Assembly (NCBI GenBank): GCA_002269645.1
Contig: NIVC01002094.1
Location: 124,001 to 188,000 of the forward strand
DNA length: 64,000 nucleotides
DNA from: Macrostomum lignano
Taxonomy: Eukaryota
Direction: 5' to 3'
The notes under the pieces were generated by a model, which saw only the letters and a program-made list of their open reading frames with translations, was not told the DNA's origin and searched no databases. The translations under genes and the position numbers were made by a program. Position 1 is the stretch's first letter, and every line of letters starts with the position of its first letter. Below are positions 46,076 to 64,000 of the stretch, piece after piece.

Positions 46076-47914
46076 TTTTGACTGTTTATGGTATTGCTTG
46101 TTAAAATGTTCAACCTATTTTGATAAACTCAAATGCAATAATGACACTTTTCAAACCAAAAAATGATAAACTCCAACTTTTATTAACAATTTGCTAGCAG
46201 ATTGGAGTAATTTACATTCAATTTTGATATCAGCCCTAATGGGAAAAGTGAAATTTTCCCAGACATGCATACAGCATGTTTTTTAAATTTCAGGTCGGCG
46301 CAACGGCTGTGGCCAGGTTGCAGTGCAACGTGGCACAGTCGTGCGGCATGGTGCGGTGGCACAGCGCAGCAGAGCATGGGAGGTATTGCGCGCGCAGCGC
46401 GGTGGTGCAACGTGGCGCAGTGCAGGAGGTTGTGCGCACGGTGCGGCACAGCAGTGCAATGTGGCGCAGCACGGAGCAGCATAGTGCAATGCAACAAGAA
46501 AATATCTATGCAGCATGACGTAGAGCAACTTTTAGGGCTAAATTTTTGGCCTTGGCGCACTTTAAAGCTAAAGACTATTGCTTCTTGGCATGCATCCGAG
46601 CAGTTTGTGCAAAAATTCCAATAGAGGATATTAGGATACAAAACAGTGACTTTGCCTTACCATCTATAGAATAAAATTGCTTATGTGCATGCATTTTGAT
46701 AGACAGCATCATAAAATTACACATTATATTATTAGCACACATTGAAACATTATTTTGAAGTCATATTATATTCTGTATAGTAGCAGGTCTACAATTCTAA
46801 ATACAAAGTTAGCAACAATAAGAGGCAATTTATTATTGACTATAAGAATGATGACAACTTTTTTTACCTGGCTGATGCCTTAGGGATCACAAAAACCATA
46901 GCATGTCTTTATTAGCAATCAATATTAATATAAAGCTATCAAAAAGTTCAAACATTCACATGAGTTAATTAAGATTAAAACATGTTAGAATTCATAGAGA
47001 ACTCAATTGATCCTAGTATTATTCTGGCTAGGAGCCATAGTTCAGATTATGAATTAGTGTATACTAGGTTTAATGATAGAAAAAATGATGAGACCTTGTT
47101 TGTATACCAAGTATGCACACTAATATAAAAAATTGTCATTGACACAATGTTTTTGCTATGTTATATACACTAGGATATATCTTGATCTATGCTAAAAATA
47201 GTAAATACCTTATATCCTAGCATATATGTTGCCTTCCAAACTATAGCCTGGGAGTGCCAAGTGATACCAGTGATTAGCAAACACTCTTCAAAGCAATGAA
47301 TTCTTGCTAGATCAGTCAGGGTACATATGTCTAGCTAGAATTAAGATCTAAGCTATAATTGTCACTTTTAAATTATTATATTAATTATAATATTATATTA
47401 ATTATATTATTATATTATATTAGTATCATTATATAATACTAATTATTATTATATAGCCCTTAGACATCAAGTGGTTCTTAACCTATAGGTTGTGACCCTT
47501 AATACTAATGGTCAATGGGGTTGCATGGCTATTTTCTAGGGGTTACAGCATAGTAAATATAAGTATCCCATACATAATAATATATTATATAGATTTTAAG
47601 AGGTTGCAAACATTAAAAAATGATGCAAGTGAATAAATTGGATCTGCCTAGCAAAACTAAATCAAAAAGGTTAAGAACCACTGCCTTAGGCCTAGTCTAT
47701 AAAAATTTATGTATATCTACAAGTTTTGTTCCATAGATAAGGGGACAAAGGCCCTATTTTGTACCACTATCAAAATTGAATACACACTCAAAATTATTAG
47801 CAACTTGTTAATTAAGGTTAGAGTTTGTCATTTTTGGTTGAAAATTGTTATTGTTACATTTGAGTTTGTCAAAATAGGTTGAACATTTTAACAAGCAATA
47901 CTGGACTGTCAAAA
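46076..47914. mobile_element. Old foldback/MITE-like element with about 120-bp imperfect inverted arms (46076-46196 and 47798-47914)
   Basis: GTATTGCTTGTTAAAATGTTCAACCTATTTTGA.AAACTCAAATG is present in reverse complement at about 47860-47900. The element encloses a GC-rich patch at 46290-46500. Confidence 0.55.
47468..47683. mobile_element. hAT (Charlie-like) MITE
   Basis: Termini (CA)AGTGGTTCTTAACC..GGTTAAGAACCACTG; flanks CCTTAGAC and CCTTAGGC resemble an 8-bp TSD. Confidence 0.6.
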
Positions 47915-49649
47915 TCAAAATATATCACAATTATTATTAAAATAAATCACAAATAAATCAATAGTAACTGCAGATTTTTCAAAATAGAAAATAAAAAGAT
48001 ATAATAGATAAATTATAAATACATATATTACCAGAAGACAAGTATATATTCATGCACTACCACGGCATAAACATGTATAATATCTATAAAAGTACATAAA
48101 AAAATATAAAAGCAACCCCTAAGGCTAGGACATTACATCATTAAGCTTTATTATAAATGTAACTTTCTATGAATAACAGACTGCAAACATTACATAATTT
48201 GATTTTTCACATTTATAAAATTATGAAGCATCAATCAACTCACTCATAGGCCTAGGCATGCTTTTTGTCTTGGGCATTGCCCGTTGGGCCAAGGCATGAA
48301 ATGTTTTGTATCTGTCTGTAATAGGCCACCTGTATTAACAATCAAGAAGAATTAAACTATCTAGTAACCTAGTGTCAATTTCAGTTGTTTTACTTATTGA
48401 AGAACATGTATATTTGATGGTACATATATTGTTTATAGCAATTATAATAATCTAGAATCTAGATATTGATATACACGTTACATCCATGTCCAATAGGCCT
48501 ATGATAATATCACATAAATGGAATCAGAAATAAAAATGTTGAGTATGTCTTAATGTGTGACAAATTATATAGTAAGTAGTAGTAAGTAAGTAAGTAGTAA
48601 GTAGTAGTAAATTTGGCTCAGGCTTAAGGAGCCTGTTTTGCCAGTATAATCCGATGTATTTAGTATTAGTTCAAAAGGTTAAATTTTTACACGAGTTACG
48701 ATACGAGTTACGATATTTGTGAAAGTAAGGTATTTGAAAGAGCGTCTAGAATTTTTTAAAACGGTTTTCCAACTTCGTTAGCTTCTCATTTTAAAAATAT
48801 TTCTTCCTTGATAATAATATATTAACAAAACTTTTAGAGTTATGGTCTACTACTTGTTTCTACTTTGCTATAGAACCACCATGCTTTGACAACAATTTTT
48901 CTAAACTAATGATTGCACGTGTCCTTGGACAAAATAAAAAGTATTTAATATTTCGTGGCTATCACACCTGTGTAAGCTCTTTCAAGACTTCTTCGCGTAC
49001 TTCGGACCTCAAAACCTGGTGTCTGTAATTCAACCAGAGTGTAAGAACAGTCGAGAACGAGGGCAAATACTAGTAGAATAGCTCCCCTTTTCTACTAGTA
49101 TTTCGACTGAAAGGGCAAAATCCACTAGAGAATTATAGTTTATCACAGTTTATGCTGGTCGTTATTTACTCATTTTAGCGCCGCAGGCAGGCACTAATTG
49201 CCTCGATACGGTTTTGTCAAGCCTCAAAGTTTCGTCAGCACGTCGACCAAGCGTGTCCGCATCAGCTCCGACTTCCCTCGGTGGTGTCACCCGCCTCATC
49301 CAGGCGGAGCTGCTTCTGGACCTTCAACAGGTGGAATTAGGTGCATATAGTAGTAGGTGCAGCCGCGAGTAGCAAAGCTCGCATTCTTATAGCTTTCCTC
49401 TTCGTCCAGTACATGCATGTACGTATACCATGCACTTCTGGCATTTCGGTAAATTAAGTAAGTTACGCGATAAAATCGTAAATCAGGTAATTTTTCAGGT
49501 GGATTTTTACTAGATATAAGCTTTGTTTTTCTGGCATTTTTAAAAGACGATTAAAAGAAGATTTTTTGCGTTGTTTTTTCGACAAGACTCTCATTTATAT
49601 AGGTAGGTTTTCTCGGCGAATTCTGCATTGAAAATTAGAATTTTTTTAT

Positions 49650-52600
49650 CTAGCGTGGAAATTCAGTTGAGCAGCCAATTAAAAGCAAGCAGGCAGCCAA
49701 ACCAATGGCAGCTACAGCCGAGACGCTGCCTTCTCTATTGGCCGAGTTGCACTTGTCAGAATTGCATGAGCTGCAGGTGTACATAGTGATGAACTTCTTA
49801 ACTTCAGATAATCCATCCAGCTCACAATTTCCACTACCTCCTTTAACCTGAAAAAATGAGGTAAATGACTGTCCCTAGATGAAGTTCTGTTTACTCATTC
49901 TTGGCAGATCTGTTCTTACTTAAATTTCTTAACAGATCTGTTAATTTTTGTTAACACATTCTTAACAGATCTGTTCTTACTTAAATCTCTTAGCAGATCT
50001 GTATCTGCTTTTGTCTTACAAGATCTTACAAATCTTTGCAAGCCATTTTTTATTGTTTGGTACGTAAAAAACATTCGTGATTTTTTAGAAAATACTTATG
50101 AGGTAAAGAGAAAACAAAATTTCTAACTGTATATCAGAAAAAAGACTTTCGTATATTTTCACATTTCTCTGCTGGATCTTGTCAGATCAGTTCTTGCAGA
50201 TCTGTACAGACCAGTTTTGAAAGGTGTCTAAATTGTTTTTTTCCACAAAATATTTAACATAATAGTAATTACGTTTTTTTAATGATTTGTATTTATTTTA
50301 CTTGTTCTTCTGGCAGCCAACAGTAAATGAATTTGTTTAAATATTCTTTCCGCAGTTCTGAACATAGTGGACCCTTATTGTTTGAATTCTCGCTCTTGCA
50401 ATATCCATCATCTCAGTTCTTTCTTTTGACTTAGCCGAATACGTAATTTTTAATTCCTTAAATTGTTTCATAGTGTAGTATCACTATTTTTTACTTTTTT
50501 AGCCATAATAACTTTTTTGATTAAGTATAGCTATGGCTTTAAATGAAGAGCAGATCGCGTCATCAATTAAAAAAATTTGACATAATTGACAGACTGACTA
50601 TAAAATGTATGATATGCTATATATATATATCTATATCATATATATATCTAGGCTTGTTTCCTACTCCCAGGCCTATAAGTATGAGTAGGCCTAGGCCTAT
50701 GACTTTGTTCTATGCTTTAATAGAAACAGAATGCATGTCTAGACCTAGTGATGTTGTCCATTAATAATTCATTAATCCATTAATAATTCAGAAATTCAGT
50801 TACATACATAGATCAGTATTTTTGTAGGGCCTAGTCTTTTGCATTTCATTATATTATATTTATATATACATACCTAGTTCTAGCCCCTAGGCTAGGGCTA
50901 GGCTAGTTCTAGTGACCTAGCTAGTAAGTAAATCTTAATTAAATAGGTCTATTCTGTTTTTGTTTGTTTTATATATGCTTATCTAGATTTATAAATAGGT
51001 AGACTGACATATCTGTAAAACTTGGTTTTAATCCCTCCTTGATTTTAAACACTTAGGTTAAGAATGTAATGTCTATTTTTAGTAAATAGTGTTATAACTA
51101 GGCTTATCATTTTAATTTTAAAATAAAATAGGCCCTACTCTACTAAAAATTGTAATTGCTATATAGGGTATAGTTTTTCTGAATTAGAATTAAACCTGGA
51201 TGCTTAAATATAGGCTTGTGGTTGTTAGAAAGTTATCTTAAGCCTTGACCTACTATTTGAAGAATATAGATAGGCATAGCAAAATCTAAAATTATTTATA
51301 CTAGATAAGCCTAGATAAATAATATGAAAAATATAGAATAGAAGAAAAACAGGTCTAAATTTAATTAGACCAAAGAACTTTTACAAAAGTTATTACTCTG
51401 ACTATTTAAAAACATAACAATGATATTTGTTTTATGTTTTAGTTATTTTGAATTGAATATTAATGTTTAAAATCCCAGAACTTTACTACAATTTTCCCTT
51501 TCATTGCAGCTACTTTACATGGTCAATATGGCATCGCTACTTATGGGTTCCAAGCTTGTCTTTATACAAATGATTGCTAAAAGTGGCAAGCATCCTATGA
51601 TTGCTAAAAGAAAAAATGAAGCCAGCCTAAAGTAAAAATGCAACATGATAAAGAGCCCTAAAGTATTACTAAGAGCTCTTATAGACCTACTTTTATTGAT
51701 AACAAAGTAAGCTTTCTAGCAATATTGACTTTAAAATCTTTCAGTACTGGACTCTTTCAGTTTCAATTATTTGCAAACCAATTTAATTGTACATTGTAGT
51801 AAAAGATGCACCTGGTTTTTTTCAAATGTTTCTGCTTCTATTTTTTAGTTTCTAAAAGTATTGCTCACCCTAATTTTATTAGTCCATTGTACCATTAGTA
51901 TTTTTTTCTATTGAATGTGTGCTTAACTTTTGTTTTGAAGTTGACTTATTTTTTGCTTGTGCTATTTCCCTTGTGCATACAAGTTTTATTTCATGAGCAT
52001 ATATGTGTATTTGTTTACATTTTCACAAATAAATATGTCTACTTTATTTTAATTGTTCAATGGCATTTGCTTTTGTTCTGGCAGCTTACTAGCACAATAC
52101 TAAAAGTGCAGAATCAAATAAGAAAGTCCTGTCATAACTCGTGTTCTTTATTGGAATTAAATTAGTGCATTAGGGTTTTATAAATGGATTACTAAACAGA
52201 TCTTGGAAGATTTGATAAGACGGACAATGCATTCAATTGGTAAAGCTTAATACATCTTACAAGATCTGCCCAGATCTCCTAAGATCTGCTCGTGCAGACA
52301 GTGCAAGATCTTCCTGCAGATCTTGTAAGTTCTGCCTATACATTTTAATAGTGCAGATCTGTTACGTTCTTGCAAGAACGTAGCGAGAAGCTCCAGACAG
52401 ATCTGCTAAGAAATGGCATGACGATTTCATCTAGGGTGTTAACTGGAGTCCTACCAAATGCTCAGGAAATCCGCCAGACTCAGTGGTGCGCATCTGACTC
52501 ACGATATATTTGCCATCCGCATAGCCGTGAAGTCGAAAACATTCTTATAAATTTTGTTTTCGTAATCTTTATGTTAATGCTTAACAATGGATTATTAATA

Positions 52601-52875
52601 TTATTATTATTGATTTTGTTATTGTTCGTATCGCAGTCAACAGTAGTAGAGGTGTTAGTCTTGTCACCAGTGTAATCATAGCACTCTATACTGTTGGTCA
52701 TGGCTGTAACAGACAAATTAATAAATTACACTGTGAGTGTATAAATGCAATAGTTCGCGTAATTGTATGAAAGTACAGTTTTGCATATAGTCGGGATGCT
52801 CAATTAGCTTACCAAAGCACGCAAACAGTACGATGGCAGTAGAGGAATTGTTCTTTTCAAGGCGTTAAGTGGCAT
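49650..52875 (-). CDS. Ly6/uPAR (three-finger) GPI-anchored protein, possibly damaged; coding segments about 52875/52852-52813, 52703-about 52620, 52543-52503, 49847-49650
   Basis: Hand translation gives a signal-like NNSSTAIVLFACFAMTNS, then IECYDY..STTVDC, ECFRLHGYADGKYI, VKGGSGNC..MYTCSSCNSDKCN, and a small-residue/hydrophobic GPI-type tail (SANREGSVSAVAAIGLAACLLLIGCSTEFPR*). Donors are GTAAG (52812) and GTGAG (52502); acceptors are at 52704 and 49848. The start codon and one internal donor are not cleanly resolved. Confidence 0.65.
49873..52436. mobile_element. Non-autonomous TIR element inserted in the Ly6-like gene intron
   Basis: Termini CCCTAGATGAA..TTCATCTAGGG, with about 40 bp of imperfect TIR and AGATCT-rich subterminal repeats; TGT flanks both ends (putative 3-bp TSD). 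Confidence 0.6.
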
Positions 52876-53515
52876 TATTAATCCGCACGGTTTCGAAATT
52901 CGTTTAAATTGATTTTATTATGATTTATGCTTCTTTGGACGGTAAGACAAGGAATTATAAATCTAGTAGGATTTAGAGATTTTTAACCAGCTAGCCACTT
53001 CGCCCATAGAGATAGTCGCAGTTGTTAAAGTTTTAAAGTGTTAAAGTATATGGGTAAGAAATTTTAAAGTGACCCAAAAATAGAAGATCTATAAGTTTTG
53101 CTCATAGACTATTTGAAGACTCCGAAAGTAGACGTCCTGTTTTAATGCAGAGCTATTAATAACTGGCGCTTTTTTGATCGAAGAAGCTTTAGCATTGATA
53201 GCAATTGCCCATTCTCCTCTGCCCGCGCCAGCCCCCTGCCTGCCAGTCAGACTGTCCTTAAACGCATTCGCTCCCTGCTATGTTTGGCTGCACAATCCAG
53301 ATTGTAGTAGTGTCTACTCTTGGCCCCGTGTCATCCTACATACGATTTAATTCTGCTGCCGCTGCCAATTCTCGGGTCTGGAGTGGCTCGGACGCCAGCA
53401 GCTGGCACAAATGTTTAGCAGCCAACAATCCGTGTGCCGGCAACGATTGCCATACCAGTGACAGCACCGCCGTCGGCAGTCTCATCATCTGTAACAGCGG
53501 CAACCACCGCCCTCG

Positions 53516-61541
<8,026 letters not shown>

Positions 61542-61589
61542 GTAAGCTGGCCTGGCCCTCTCCACCTTGCCCTCTACCTTCTCCGCCTT

Positions 61590-62050
61590 TCTATCTACCA
61601 ATCTCGGCTTTACCCTCTACCAATCTCCGCTTTACCCTCTATCAATCTCCGCTTTACCCTCTACCAATCTCCGCTTTACCCTCTATCAATCTCCGCTTTA
61701 CCCTCTACCAATCTCCGCTTTACCCTCTATCATCTCCGCTTTACCCTCTACCAATCTCCGCTTTACCCTCTATCAATCTCCGCTTTACCCTCTATCAATC
61801 TCCGCTTTACCCTCTATCAATCTCCGCTTTACCCTCTACCAATCTCCGCTTTACCCTCTATCAATCTCCGCTTTACCCTCTACCAATCTCCGCTTTACCC
61901 TCTATCAATCTCCGCTTTACCCTCTACCAATCTCCGCTTTGCCCTCTACCAATCTCCGCTTTACCCTCTACCAATCTCCGCTTTACCCTCTACCAATCTC
62001 CGCTTTGCTCTCTACCATCTCCGCTTTACCCTCTACCAATATCCGCTTTG
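61590..62050. repeat. 22-bp minisatellite in nAChR intron 6 (ACCAATCTCCGCTTTACCCTCT)n
   Basis: Read directly. Confidence 0.93.
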
Positions 62051-62824
62051 CCCTCTACCCTCTCCTCCCCGCCAATCTCTCACAGAGCTCACATCAAAAA
62101 TGTTTTCAACAAGTTTTCTTCTCCAGACAAAAGTCCCAACCCAGATTTTAAAGCCCCATTGCAACAAAAAACTCCCTTTTGAATCAACGAAATTAGTCAG
62201 ACTTTTCACTACTTCATTTCTTTATCTCACATCCTACAGCAACTTCCCGACCCCAGCTACACAATAAATTATTTAAAGAGTTTTTTCCTACTGCATTTGA
62301 GCTGCTCACGCTCTGAGAACCAAGCCTGGAATGGCAGGCTGCCTCATTAGCCTCACAGCGCGGGTTAGCGGACATCGAAAGGGGAAGATAGATAGAAAGA
62401 TAGATAGGAAGACTCTGCCAAGAGTTTGATCGATAAATTTACTTCCCAGGCATTGCAGCTCCCCCAACCCCCAGCCCAGCTGCTTCAAAGCCTCATCTAC
62501 TTTGGGCTTGCCTGGATAAGAGAGGCAAGGAGAAGAGGAAGAGATCGAACTCAGAGCCCCGGCTTTACCCGGGCGATTGAGCACAGAAGAGCTGTCTCTC
62601 TGTGTGCTCCAAGGAGTTTTTTTCCTAGGCTGAGTGGGGAATTCGAATTTTCCCAGTTCTTCTCAGTGTAGTAGCTAGCTTTTCACTTTATTGTGCTCTA
62701 CCCTTATAGCTGGGTTTCACTGCCACTGCTAGAGCCAGCTGCGAAATACAAAAGTACAAGCAATCTCCATTGATTAACTGACTGCAGTTGAAAAAAAACA
62801 AAAAAACTATGCTCACTAATAGTC

Positions 62825-64000
62825 CCTGACACCTCATTGTCTTTTCTGACACTTTATTGTCAATCCTGACACACCTCACTGTCAATCCTGACACACCTCA
62901 CTGACCATCCTGACACACCCCATTGACAATCCTGACACATCTCACTGTCGATCCTGACACACCTCACTGACAATCCTGACACACCTCACTGACCATCCTG
63001 ACACACCCCATTGACAATCCTGACACATCTCACTGTCGATCCTGACACACCTCACTGACAATCCTGACACACCTCACTGACCATATCCTGACACATCTCA
63101 CTGACAATCCTGACACACCCCATTGACAATCCTGACACATCTCACTGTCAATCCTGACACACCTCATTGACAATCCTGACACATCTCACTGTCAATCCTG
63201 ACACACCTCACTGACCATATCCTGACACACCTCACTAACAATCCTGACAACTCACTGACAATCCTGACACCTCACTGACAATCCTGACACACCTCACTAA
63301 CAATCCTGACACACCTCACTGACAATCCTGACACACCTCACTGACCATATCCTGACACATCTCACTGACCACCCTGACACACCCCATTGACAATCCTGAC
63401 ACATCTCACTGTCGATCCTGACACACCTCATTGCCGTTCCTGACACGCCTCACTGCCCATCCTGACACACCTCACTGACCATCCTGACACACCTCACTGT
63501 CGATCCTGACACATCTCACTGCCCATCCTGACACACCCCATTGACAATCCTGACACACCTCACTGACAATCCTGACACACCTCACTGACAATCCTGACAC
63601 ACCTCACTGACAATCCTGACACACCTCACTGACAATCCTGACACACCTCACTGACAATCCTGACACACCTCACTGACAATCCTGACACACCTCACTGACC
63701 ATATCCTGACACATCTCCCTGACCACCCTGACACACCCCATTGACAATCCTGACACATCTCACTGTCGATCCTGACACACCTCATTGCCGTTCCTGACAC
63801 GCCTCACTGCCCATCCTGACACACCTCACTGACCATCCTGACACACCTCACTGTCGATCCTGACACATCTCACTGCCCATCCTGACACACCCCATTGACA
63901 ATTCGTACACATCTCACTGCCCATCCTGACACATCTCACTGTCAATCCTAACACACCTCACTGTCGATCCTGACACGCCTCACTGACCATCCTGACACAC
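62825..64000. repeat. About 22-bp minisatellite (CCTGACACACCTCACTGACAAT)n running off the window
   Basis: Read directly. Confidence 0.93.

Noticed and set aside
48640-49620. Transposon-end-like sequence (GTATTTGAAAGAGCGTCTAGAATTTTTTAAAACGG) and a GC-richer ORF-like patch at 49150-49450
   Set aside because: No partner TIR, TSD or recognisable peptide was found; all frames contain stops.
52480-52716. 78-aa ORF-track product taken as a complete gene
   Set aside because: Only its first part is likely coding; it reads into an AT-rich intron-like stretch and is better explained as part of the spliced Ly6-like gene.

Overview
Eukaryotic (metazoan) genomic DNA with spliced genes. Almost every intron and many intergenic gaps are filled with 4-59 bp tandem repeats. 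The gene content and repeat style suggest a free-living flatworm such as Macrostomum; this is an inference and cannot be verified here. The minus strand from 3.5 to 41 kb carries, in order: MRPL35 (3' exon), TAF11, six tandem intronless tail-anchored sulfotransferases resembling Schistosoma SULT-OR (copy 3 has an in-frame TGA), NDUFV1 (3 exons) and a 6-exon lipoxygenase-like gene with degenerate iron ligands. The 42-52 kb region is transposon-rich and includes an intron-containing THAP/P-element with 67-bp TIRs and an 8-bp TSD. A small spliced Ly6/uPAR three-finger GPI-anchor gene (49650-52875, minus strand, absent from the ORF track) lies head-to-head with a nicotinic-receptor-like subunit (from 53516, plus strand). 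That subunit has the Pro-Ala anion-selectivity motif and runs off the window. Most long ORFs in the supplied track are artefacts of repeats. The best leads are the Ly6/nAChR divergent pair, the sulfotransferase array, a 3-kb minisatellite made from the last codons and stop of sulfotransferase copy 4, and the probable pseudo-lipoxygenase.
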